Source: Vulcanimicrobiaceae bacterium
GTDB lineage: Bacteria > Vulcanimicrobiota > Vulcanimicrobiia > Vulcanimicrobiales > Vulcanimicrobiaceae
Assembly: GCA_046262595.1 (NCBI GenBank)
Contig: JBHEMM010000013.1
Location: 27,662 to 41,804 of the forward strand
Length of the DNA stretch: 14,143 bases
Reading direction: 5' to 3'
Shown here piece after piece: positions 1-7,798 of the stretch. The stretch's first letter is position 1. Each line of letters opens with the position of its first letter. Below the pieces are notes generated by a model. The model was not told the origin of the DNA, did not search any database, and saw only the letters and a list, made by a program, of their open reading frames with translations. The translations under genes were made by a program, and so were the position numbers.

Positions 1-231
1 ATGGCGGCGATGAGCGGATATATGAATCAGACACCGATCGATCCTGCCGCAGGCGGCTCCGCATATTATACCTACACGAACACCAGCTCCGGCGGGGTGT
101 ATAGTTACAACATCGACTGCCCGGGCGTCCACGACCCGAACACGCTGCAAGCGATCACCGGCGGCGCAACGACCACCAACACGCACATAAAGTACGACAG
201 CCAGCAGGGCTTCGCGACGAGCTCTTCCTGA
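1..231 (+). CDS. C-terminal fragment of a probable type IV pilin/pseudopilin (5' truncated by window edge)
   Basis: Open frame from base 1 to TGA 229-231; Ser/Thr/Gly/Tyr-rich with 'YMNQTPIDP', resembling the GspG/pilin 'YL..xPxDP' motif; C-ending codons dominate; sits directly upstream of prepilin peptidase and pilMNOPQ. The N-terminal methylation motif is not visible. Confidence 0.6.
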   Translation: MAAMSGYMNQTPIDPAAGGSAYYTYTNTSSGGVYSYNIDCPGVHDPNTLQAITGGATTTNTHIKYDSQQGFATSSS

Positions 232-881
232 TGATTGACTTCGGTTCGGGCGCGATGCTTGCGGTTGCGCAACAGCAGCCTGCGGCTTATGGACTCGTCT
301 TTCTCGCGGGACTTGCCGGCAGCGCCGGCCCATGCGTCGCTCCCCGGTTTGTTGCGGCCGCGGGTTTGGCGGCAGGGACTTCACCGCTGCATGCTCGCAC
401 TCGCGTTGCGGCGATGATCGCCGGACTCGTGGCCGCGTACGCCTGCTTTGGATGCTTTGCGTCGTTGATCGGCGTTGCTGCGGCATTTTCTCCGGCCATT
501 TACGCGCTTGCCGGCGCCGCCATGCTCTTTTGTGGAATTCGCACGCTCGTAAGGGAACCGGTTCATGGTTCCCCACGGTGCTCGGCGGCGCGTCCGGGCG
601 GCGCATTTTTCTTAGGTGCGTCCTTTGCGCTGGTCGTCTCTCCGTGCTGCACGCCGGCGGTGCTGGGAATTCTCGCGTATGCCTCGGCATCCGGCGCCCA
701 GCGCGCGCCGCTGCTTTTGGCGTGCTATGCGCTGGGCCATGCCGTTCCGTTAGGGTTTGCCGCTATGGGCAGCGCGGCGCTTCGCGGAGTGTTCGCGCGC
801 GCGGACATCGGCCGCGGCATCGACGTGCTTGGCGCCGCTCTTTCCGTGGCGCTCGGCATGTACTACATGGTAATGACATGA
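231..881 (+). CDS. ccdA: CcdA/DsbD-type transmembrane thiol-disulfide interchange protein (cytochrome c biogenesis family)
   Basis: About six hydrophobic segments with the two conserved Pro-Cys motifs: 'FLAGLAGSAGPCVAP' and 'FFLGASFALVVSPCCTPAVLGIL', plus 'YALGHAVP'. ATG overlaps the upstream TGA (TGATG). Confidence 0.85.
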   Translation: MIDFGSGAMLAVAQQQPAAYGLVFLAGLAGSAGPCVAPRFVAAAGLAAGTSPLHARTRVAAMIAGLVAAYACFGCFASLIGVAAAFSPAIYALAGAAMLFCGIRTLVREPVHGSPRCSAARPGGAFFLGASFALVVSPCCTPAVLGILAYASASGAQRAPLLLACYALGHAVPLGFAAMGSAALRGVFARADIGRGIDVLGAALSVALGMYYMVMT

Positions 882-1414
882 GGGAACCGTTCGGCAGGCC
901 GCGGCGCTGGATCGTCGTGCTTACCGCGCTTGTCCTTGCGCTGCTGTTTTTTCATGCCGCGCTCGCGCGCTCGCTGGTGGTGCGCGGCGACGACTTTCTT
1001 TATCGCAGCGATCGAGCACAGGCAATCGCGCATTACAAACGAGCGCTGCTGTTCGACGGCGGCTCCGAAGACGCTTCTGACCGGTTGATTTTTGCCGCGC
1101 TCATGGAGCGTACGCCGGCGACCCTGCGCGAGGGAGTCCGCGAGGCCGACCGGTTTCTTCGCCGTCATCCTGCGAGTGTTACCGTGCGAGCCGACCGCGC
1201 GTTATGCTATCTTATAACGCGCCGCTACGATCGCGCTTATGCCGATTTCGAACGTGTCGCCGCGCAGACGCACCAGGCACGTGATTATGCCTTTGCGGGA
1301 TGGGCTGCGGCGCATGCGGGCGATCGCCGGGCGGCGCGGGCGCTCTGGGAACGGGCCCTGCAGATCGAGCCGCACTTTGCGCCGGCCGTCAACGCATTGT
1401 CGAGGCGTTCGTGA
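878..1414 (+). CDS. Membrane-anchored tetratricopeptide-repeat (TPR) protein
   Basis: True start is ATG 878 (ATGA overlap with ccdA stop) inside the 332..1414 ORF. Basic N-terminus plus TM helix (WIVVLTALVLALLFF); TPR-like units 'AIAHYKRALLFD', 'RALCYLITRRYDRAYADFERV', 'ARALWERALQIEPHFAPA'. Confidence 0.8.
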   Translation: MREPFGRPRRWIVVLTALVLALLFFHAALARSLVVRGDDFLYRSDRAQAIAHYKRALLFDGGSEDASDRLIFAALMERTPATLREGVREADRFLRRHPASVTVRADRALCYLITRRYDRAYADFERVAAQTHQARDYAFAGWAAAHAGDRRAARALWERALQIEPHFAPAVNALSRRS

Positions 1415-2025
1415 TTGGTTTAGCCGCAGCGATTGTTTTCTCTGTTACGGCGCTCGCTGCAGCGGCGTGTGCTGCAACAGCCGTCTCCGAACGCTGCGGG
1501 GTAACGGTACGCCTTTTCGCGCCGGTTTCGCTAACGGTTCTGATCGGGTCCGCCGCGCTCGCATCTTATGTTGCAGCAGGCAAATTGCCTGCTGCAGCGG
1601 CGGTGGTCGTTATTGCCTGCGCGTGCTGCGCCGTGTGCGCAGTGTGCGACGCGCAGACGGGCTATGTGTTCGACGCCGTTACCCTGCCCGCGTTAGGATC
1701 GATCGTGCTTTTATCTTCCTTACAGAACGCTGCAACGCCGGCCTTGACCGGAATGCTGCTGGCTGCCGGGGCGCTCTTCGTGCTGTTTGCGGCTTCGCAC
1801 GGCCGGGCGCTCGGCTTCGGCGATGTAAAATTGGCTGCCGTCCTCGGCGCGGCGATGGGTTCTGCAGAGGCGCTGCCGGCAATTGGACTGGCATTCATTG
1901 CCGGCGGTGCACACGCAGCGTATCTGTTGCTATCAAGAAAGGCCGGACGCGGCGATGCCATGCCGTTCGCGCCATACCTTTCGGGCGCATTGTTCTGCAT
2001 GTTGCTCTCAAGAACCACGGCATGA
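1411..2025 (+). CDS. pilD: Prepilin peptidase, family A24 (PilD/ComC-like, peptidase domain only)
   Basis: GTG 1411 overlaps the TPR gene stop (GTGA). Catalytic aspartate motifs 'CDAQTGYVFD' and 'LGFGDVKLAAVLG', C-terminal 'MPFAPYL'; polytopic membrane protein. Confidence 0.9.
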   Translation: MIGLAAAIVFSVTALAAAACAATAVSERCGVTVRLFAPVSLTVLIGSAALASYVAAGKLPAAAAVVVIACACCAVCAVCDAQTGYVFDAVTLPALGSIVLLSSLQNAATPALTGMLLAAGALFVLFAASHGRALGFGDVKLAAVLGAAMGSAEALPAIGLAFIAGGAHAAYLLLSRKAGRGDAMPFAPYLSGALFCMLLSRTTA

Positions 2026-2984
2026 AGTGCGCGCCGCTGCCGCTTGGAATTGACATCGGCGCCGCACGCGTGCGCGTCGCGCACGCTCATCAGACGCCTC
2101 AAGGCCGCCGCGTGCGCGCGGTTGCCGTGCGTACGATTGCCCCGGGTGCGTCTTCATCGGGAAACGTTGCGGACGCCGAGTATGTCGGTGCGCTCATTGA
2201 AGATGCTCTCGCGGAATTGAATACGAAGGAGCGCCGCTGCGTCTGCGCGCTCGGAGAACCCGACGGCATACTGCGTTCCATCCAGTTACCTGCGATGAAG
2301 GCGCACGAACGCGAGCGCGCGTCGCGCTACGAGGCGTCACGCTACGTGTCGTATCCGATGAGCGGTGCGGTCGTGCGGCTACACCGCTCGCCGGTGCCTG
2401 GCCGGTGGATGCTCGGCATCGCACGGGCCGAAGCGGTCCAGTCGCGTCTTGCCGCGTTACGGCAAGCGAACGTGCGGCCCGTGGCGATCGATCACGAATC
2501 ATGCGTCTTGGCGCGTGCTTTGCCCGGTTTTGACGCGATCGTCGACATCGGCCTCGACCGCACGACCCTGCATGCGATAAAGGACGGCGTACCGTTCTCA
2601 TTTGTTGCGTCCATGGGAGGCGCCTCAGTGACACGCGCAATTGAAGAAGAGCTCGGCCTGCAGCCGGGAGCGGCGGAAAAGCGCAAGCGCATCTTGGGAA
2701 CGGCCGGAGCGGGGGAGCACGCGCGGTCGGCGCTGGTCGGCGAGATCGCAAAGATGCTGGTTGCCGCGCGCGCCGTTACCGCTGTTGGCCGAATTGCGCT
2801 CTCGGGAAACGGCGCGCGACTACCGGGCGTAGCGCGCGATCTCGAAATATCGTGCGCCGTACAGGTAGAACTGCCGGTGAGTTTCGCGTTGCGCGCAGCG
2901 GCCTATCCGGAAGACGTGCTACGATCCGCAGCGCCCGATTGGAATCTGGCTGCGGGCCTCATCCTGTGGCAGCGGAACGCGTGA
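2022..2984 (+). CDS. pilM: Type IV pilus assembly protein PilM (actin/FtsA-like ATP-binding fold)
   Basis: ATG 2022 (ATGA overlap) inside the 1239..2984 ORF. Motifs 'LGIDIG', 'IVDIGLDRTTL', 'GGASVTRAI...AEKRKR', 'LSGNGARLPG', 'AAGL'; first gene of an MNOPQ-like series. Confidence 0.9.
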   Translation: MKCAPLPLGIDIGAARVRVAHAHQTPQGRRVRAVAVRTIAPGASSSGNVADAEYVGALIEDALAELNTKERRCVCALGEPDGILRSIQLPAMKAHERERASRYEASRYVSYPMSGAVVRLHRSPVPGRWMLGIARAEAVQSRLAALRQANVRPVAIDHESCVLARALPGFDAIVDIGLDRTTLHAIKDGVPFSFVASMGGASVTRAIEEELGLQPGAAEKRKRILGTAGAGEHARSALVGEIAKMLVAARAVTAVGRIALSGNGARLPGVARDLEISCAVQVELPVSFALRAAAYPEDVLRSAAPDWNLAAGLILWQRNA

Positions 2985-3538
2985 ACGGATTCGATTTCCT
3001 ACACTCTCCCTTGCCTGAATGGCTGCTTCGTGCGCAACGTGTGCGCGTTTGCACGGACGTGCAACTCGCAGCGCTCGCCTTCGCCGCCGCCTTGGCCATC
3101 GCGTGCGGAGCGGGCGCGATCGAACGGCACCGCTGCGCGCGAGCATTTGTACTCGAGTACGCCTACGCGCAGCGCGAGCGGCAAAGCGGGGCGCGGCTCG
3201 CCGCCGGCAACCTCCTTTACCGCCGTGCGGTTGAGCTCGTGCGGCTGGACGGGCTTGCTCAAAAGATCGTTTCCTCAGGAGATGACCACGTGCGCCGTAT
3301 TGCCGCCGTCGCTAACGCGGTTCCCCGCCGCACGTGGTTAACGGCTATTCGGGGCGAGAGCACCGGTCTTTCGCTTGAGGGCGGCGCGAGCGATTTTGGC
3401 AGGCTCGGCACGTTAATGCGCAGTTTCATGCAATCCGACGCACTGCACAACCCGTCGATCAAAGACGTAACGCTCGTATCGGACCGCCCGCATTCCAACA
3501 CCGTAAGATACGAGCTGCACGTGGATGCCGTACGATGA
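2981..3538 (+). CDS. pilN: PilN-domain protein
   Basis: GTG 2981 (GTGA overlap). Single TM helix, coiled stretch, then the PilN-like 'VPRRTWLTAIRGESTGLSLEGGA...LGTLMRSF...NPSIKDV...VRYELHV'; position after pilM. Confidence 0.8.
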   Translation: MNGFDFLHSPLPEWLLRAQRVRVCTDVQLAALAFAAALAIACGAGAIERHRCARAFVLEYAYAQRERQSGARLAAGNLLYRRAVELVRLDGLAQKIVSSGDDHVRRIAAVANAVPRRTWLTAIRGESTGLSLEGGASDFGRLGTLMRSFMQSDALHNPSIKDVTLVSDRPHSNTVRYELHVDAVR

Positions 3539-4137
3539 AACGACGATCGCCCGAGGCCGATGCGCGTACAGCCTGCTTCGGACTGCTTGTCTGTGCCGGG
3601 GTCGTGCTGTTTGCCGGCGGCGGCGGACTCATCGCGCATTACGAACGTGCGATCGCCGCGGCGCAGTCGCATTCCGATGTCCTGTACGCGCAAACCCTTT
3701 CCAACGATCGCGTGAGCACGCGCGCTGCCGCGTTTACCGGCCTCGCGAGGAGCGCCTCGCGCGACCTGGCAACGCTTGGCCTGCAAACGAGCCAGGCCGG
3801 CGCAACCGCGGAATTTATTTCAACGCTGCGTGCAGCCTCGCGTACATTCCGCGCGCGCGTGGTTTCAGTAGAGTTTGAGGCGCCGCCGCTGAGTGCGGCG
3901 CAAAGCGGTCCTTTCATGCGCATGTCGGTCGTTGTAAAAGTTCGCGGCCATTTTGCAGACCTCATGCGCTTTGTGTCAGCACTACCGCGGCAGCATGCAC
4001 TGATAGGCGTTGACGGTCTTGCGTTGACATTGGCCGGTCCAGCGGCGTCGAATGGGCGCCCGCCGCTGCTCGAAGCCGTCATGCATGCGACCGTGTACCG
4101 CCTCGTTCGTCCTTTGCAAGGAGCATGGAATGCATGA
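3535..4137 (+). CDS. pilO: PilO/GspM-like alignment-complex protein
   Basis: ATGA overlap; N-terminal TM helix; PilO-like 'MSVVVKVRGHFADLMRFVSALPRQHALIGVDGLAL...ATVY'; position after pilN. Confidence 0.8.
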   Translation: MKRRSPEADARTACFGLLVCAGVVLFAGGGGLIAHYERAIAAAQSHSDVLYAQTLSNDRVSTRAAAFTGLARSASRDLATLGLQTSQAGATAEFISTLRAASRTFRARVVSVEFEAPPLSAAQSGPFMRMSVVVKVRGHFADLMRFVSALPRQHALIGVDGLALTLAGPAASNGRPPLLEAVMHATVYRLVRPLQGAWNA

Positions 4138-4558
4138 AAACCGCCGCATCGTTTTAGCATCGGCCTTGGCGGTCTGCGCGATCTCGATGTGCTTGCTGCC
4201 GCTTGCGGCGCGCTCATCGCTCGAAATGTCCGAGGGCACCGCGGCCTCTGCCGGCCGCTTTGAGCATGCGCCGGTGCGGCTGCGTCAAACCACAACGCCC
4301 CCGCTTGTCTTGCGCGATCCGTTTATCGCTGAGGGTGAAGGCCCGGCGCATGACCTGCATGCGGCAATGCCGTCGGCCGTGTTTGTGCGCGCCGTGATTA
4401 CCGGATCTTCGCCGCGCGCGCTCATCGAGGACGGCGGGAGAATTCGCATCGTGCAGCCGGGCGATGCGGTCGCGGGCTCGACGGTGCGGTCCCTAGGCGT
4501 CAAGGGCATCGTGCTTGAGAACGGCATTCGTCTGCCGCTTGCAGCTCAGTCGCTGTGA
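4130..4558 (+). CDS. PilP/GspC-like periplasmic pilus protein
   Basis: AAGGAG (4118-4123) 6 nt before ATG 4130; N-terminal hydrophobic segment, 'RDPF' motif and beta domain 'VRAVITGSSPRALIEDGGRIRIVQPGDAVAGSTVRSL' typical of PilP/GspC HR domains; between pilO and secretin. Confidence 0.7.
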   Translation: MHENRRIVLASALAVCAISMCLLPLAARSSLEMSEGTAASAGRFEHAPVRLRQTTTPPLVLRDPFIAEGEGPAHDLHAAMPSAVFVRAVITGSSPRALIEDGGRIRIVQPGDAVAGSTVRSLGVKGIVLENGIRLPLAAQSL

Positions 4559-5928
4559 AAGCCGCAGGCGCTCTCGCACTGGCGCTGCTCTTGTGCGGCA
4601 TCGCCGCACGACCGCCCGGCGCCGCAATCAGCATCGACGTTCGTGATGCGGAACTGACGGACGTGATTGCGTTGTTGGCCGCCGAGTCCGGGGCAAACAT
4701 CGTTGCCGATGCATCGCTGGTTCCTCAGCGTATCACTCTGCATCTGCATGGGGTCACATTCGGAGATGCACTTGACGTGCTCGTGCAGTCGCGAAGCCTT
4801 CAAATCAGGCGTATAGGCGGCGTGCTTCTTATCGGCACTGCGGAGTCCATGAGCCGGCGATACGGCGATACAAATGACGCACAAGGCAGTAAAACGGCGG
4901 TTCTTGCGCTCGCTCGCGCGCAACCGGACGATGCCGCGAAGGAACTTGCGGCCGGTTTGCCGCCCGGAACGGTCCTTATTCCGGACAAGCGGACGGCCAG
5001 TATCATTGTCAGCGGCAGTGCGCAAACGATCGCGCGCGCGCGCGTGCTGCTGACTGCGCTCGATGCGCCGAACCCCGAAACCGGCACGAACGGCGCCCAC
5101 GTTTACCGGCTACGGTACGCCAAGCCGCTGGCGATTGCGGCGAACCTCAAAGGTGTTTTGCCCGACGGGAGTTTTGTGGCGGACGACGCCCAAAATGCGA
5201 TCGTCGTGAGCGGGAACGACGACGTGCAGCGTTCTGCGCGGCAATTCATAGCAAGCATGGACGTCGAAAGCGCGCAGGTGCTGTTCGAAGTGCGTGTTGC
5301 GGACGTGATTCCGGATTTGGAGACAAGGAATGTCGGCATCGAGTTCGGCGGCTATGACTTCTCGGGGCAAACCCTGAGCGGCGCAGCCACGTACGCTTTT
5401 GCAAAAAGCTCGCTCGCGATCAATGCAAAGTTGAACGCACTCGTGAGCACCGGACGCGCGCAAATCCTGGCAACGCCGAAACTGGTGAGCTTGAATAATA
5501 AGGAAGCGGATCTCTTGATCGGGCAGACATACCCGGTGATCTATTACGACGCGCGGGTAGGCGGCCAGCAAGTGCAGTTCGTTGACGTTGGGGTAAAATT
5601 GCGCCTAACCGCGACGATTGGCTCGGAAGGCAGCGTCACCGCTGAAATGCATCCGGAATACAGCGCCATCCAGTCGTTCGTCGGGGGATATCCCGTCATT
5701 GCAAACCGCAAAATCGATTCGACGCTGCGTGTTCGTGACAACGAAACCATCGTGCTTGGCGGTCTGCTGAGCGACATCGACTCACAGACCGTCACGAAGG
5801 TCCCGTGGCTTGCCGACATCCCCGTGTTCGGAAAAATCTTTCAAAACCGCCAGAGCACGCGCGAACGCGACGAAGTGGTGTTTTTCATCACGCCGCATAT
5901 CATGCCGGCAGCGGCCGCGCAGCCGTAA
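4555..5928 (+). CDS. pilQ: Outer-membrane secretin (PilQ/GspD family)
   Basis: GTG start (GTGA overlap), signal peptide, N0 domain 'ISIDVRDAELTDVIALLA...NIV', two secretin-N repeats, C-domain motifs 'QVLFEVRV', 'ILATPKLVSLNNKEA', 'ETIVLGGL', 'KVPWLADIPVFGKIF', 'FFITPHI'. Confidence 0.95.
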   Translation: MKAAGALALALLLCGIAARPPGAAISIDVRDAELTDVIALLAAESGANIVADASLVPQRITLHLHGVTFGDALDVLVQSRSLQIRRIGGVLLIGTAESMSRRYGDTNDAQGSKTAVLALARAQPDDAAKELAAGLPPGTVLIPDKRTASIIVSGSAQTIARARVLLTALDAPNPETGTNGAHVYRLRYAKPLAIAANLKGVLPDGSFVADDAQNAIVVSGNDDVQRSARQFIASMDVESAQVLFEVRVADVIPDLETRNVGIEFGGYDFSGQTLSGAATYAFAKSSLAINAKLNALVSTGRAQILATPKLVSLNNKEADLLIGQTYPVIYYDARVGGQQVQFVDVGVKLRLTATIGSEGSVTAEMHPEYSAIQSFVGGYPVIANRKIDSTLRVRDNETIVLGGLLSDIDSQTVTKVPWLADIPVFGKIFQNRQSTRERDEVVFFITPHIMPAAAAQP

Positions 5929-5995
5929 AGCGGCCGGGCTCCAAGCGGGGCAGGACGGGAGCTCCATGCGCAGGCGGTGAACTAGCGCTTCCTAG

Positions 5996-7549
5996 ATGCT
6001 TTGGATGCTCTCCGTCGCTCTGAATACCGTCATTGCAGCGGCCTTCGTCATGATTGCCTATACGGCCGCGCGCGGGCTGAGCCGCAGCGGTCAACTCACC
6101 TCAAATATGCTCGGCGTCGCCACAGCGGCGATGTTCGCCTCATGCGCCATCAGTCACGAGACGCACGCCGTTCATATGCTGCTGCCGGCGCTCGGCCTGG
6201 AGCACGAAGCAGGCATGGCGATGCGCAGGGCCATCGACTGGCACCTCGATGGCGCCGACTCCCTGACTGCCGCTATCGCCTTATGGTATTGGACGCAGCG
6301 GCCGAAGTTCAACGCGCTCCTGGATGGCGGCCAACTGTTCGCCGATCTGCATCAACGGCTCGAGGTAACCGGACGGGCGCTTGCCGAGAAAGGCCGCATC
6401 GCCGACGCGCTTCAGCGAGCGCTCGCGCCAAAAGATCTGCCGTTCAACGATAAGCTGTCCTTTCATGCGGCGTATTTGCCGGCTGACGAGGAGGCGCAAA
6501 TCGGCGGCGACTGGTACGACGTGTTCGCGTTGCCGGCCAACCGCATCGGGTTCATGGTCGGCGACGTTACGGGCCACGGCCTGGAAGCCGCCGCTATTAC
6601 GAGCCGCGTCCGAGAGTCGATCATTGCTGCAGCGTTCGCGAACGACGACCCCAGTATTGTGCTGCAGCGCGTCAATGACATTTGGTTTCTGCGCGCGGCC
6701 CCTATCGTCACCGCGACGTACGGCGTCGTCGATCTCGACACGCTCCACGTACGCTACGCTACGGCCGGCCATCCTCCGCCCGTTTTTTGGTCACGCGCCG
6801 AGGGCGTGCGCTTCGCTCCGCACGACGGCCTTCCGCTTGGCGTCGAGCGCGATGCGGCGTTCCCGACGGCGTCTGTGCAGATGAGTGCCAATTCGGTGTT
6901 CGTGCTCTACACGGACGGCGTCACGGAACACAACCGCACGCCGGTAGACGGCGAGCGGCAGTTGCTTGCGGCGGTGCGAGCGTCGTGCGAGCAGAACCGT
7001 CGGATGCTCGCGCGCGACATTCTCCACGGGGTCCTCGGGCGTTCGCGCACGCGCGATGACGCCGCCGTGCTCGCGATAAAGTTTGTCGGCGAGCCGACGC
7101 TCGTGCGCGGGAGGGACTCTCTGCGCTGGACGTTCGACGTCGCCGATCCCGAGGCCGCAAACAGGCTGCGGACACGCGTCATGATCGCCGTAGCTGAATA
7201 CGGCGCAAGCGGCTGCGACATGCCGGCAACCGAGCTCGTGTTGGGCGAGCTGCTTGCAAACGTCGTCCGGCATACGCCCGGGCCGATCGTCATCGAGCTC
7301 AGCGGCCGATCGCCGGCATACGTGCTGAGCGTAACCGATGCCGGCCCGGGTTTTGCACTCTCGCGCGATCTGCCCGAAGACCCGCTGAGCGAGCACGGGC
7401 GCGGAATGTTTCTCATTCGTGCGCTCGCGGACGACGTCGAAGTGACGCGAGCGCCACAGGGCGGCTCAACAGTGCGCGTCGTCCTGCCCGCGGCACGCAT
7501 GCACGCCTTCGATGGAAGCGCCGGCCCCGCTGTCGCGATGCACCCGTAA
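5996..7549 (+). CDS. Membrane sensor fused to PP2C/SpoIIE (RsbU-like) phosphatase and RsbW-like HATPase_c kinase domain
   Basis: SpoIIE motifs 'GGDWYDV', 'GDVTGHG', 'AGHPPP', 'LYTDGVTE', 'DDAAVL'; HATPase motifs 'ELLANVVRH', 'DAGPGF', 'GRGMFLI', 'GSTVRV'; N-terminal ~105 aa with three hydrophobic helices and a CxxxH motif. An in-frame TAG immediately precedes ATG 5996. Confidence 0.92.
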   Translation: MLWMLSVALNTVIAAAFVMIAYTAARGLSRSGQLTSNMLGVATAAMFASCAISHETHAVHMLLPALGLEHEAGMAMRRAIDWHLDGADSLTAAIALWYWTQRPKFNALLDGGQLFADLHQRLEVTGRALAEKGRIADALQRALAPKDLPFNDKLSFHAAYLPADEEAQIGGDWYDVFALPANRIGFMVGDVTGHGLEAAAITSRVRESIIAAAFANDDPSIVLQRVNDIWFLRAAPIVTATYGVVDLDTLHVRYATAGHPPPVFWSRAEGVRFAPHDGLPLGVERDAAFPTASVQMSANSVFVLYTDGVTEHNRTPVDGERQLLAAVRASCEQNRRMLARDILHGVLGRSRTRDDAAVLAIKFVGEPTLVRGRDSLRWTFDVADPEAANRLRTRVMIAVAEYGASGCDMPATELVLGELLANVVRHTPGPIVIELSGRSPAYVLSVTDAGPGFALSRDLPEDPLSEHGRGMFLIRALADDVEVTRAPQGGSTVRVVLPAARMHAFDGSAGPAVAMHP

Positions 7550-7798
7550 AGCGCGCGCCGCAACCGTAGCGAAGACGCGCGTCCAACGCACGGCATCTGC
7601 TACATTCTCAAACGCTCCGGGTTGGTGATAGAGCAGGCGCCAATGCGACGAAGTACTGTTTCATCACGCCGCAGGTCATGTATCCGGGCCGACGGGCTCG
7701 ATGATTCGTACCGCCGGGGGTCCGCACTTGAAGTGTGGAGGCGCTTGCCGGCCGCGCTTTTGTTGCTGTCGACGTGTCCTCTGCGTTTTGAGGCCGCT

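Noticed and set aside
1..231. Aromatic-rich pilin next to a 'cytochrome c biogenesis' gene suggesting conductive e-pili
   Set aside because: Only a fragment is visible; it has 7 Tyr and 1 Phe in 76 aa but a 28-residue gap without F/Y/W, no CxxCH cytochrome is in the window, and CcdA is a general thiol-redox protein.
332..877. Cys/Arg-rich N-terminal extension of the 360-aa ORF
   Set aside because: Shadow frame of ccdA; the real gene starts at the ATGA overlap at 878.
1239..2021. Long N-terminal extension of the 581-aa ORF (apparent PilM fusion)
   Set aside because: Shadow of the TPR and peptidase genes; PilM homology starts at ATG 2022.
5936..5964. GGGCTCC...GGAGCTC inverted repeat after pilQ as a terminator
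   Set aside because: Short stem, large loop and no U-tract.
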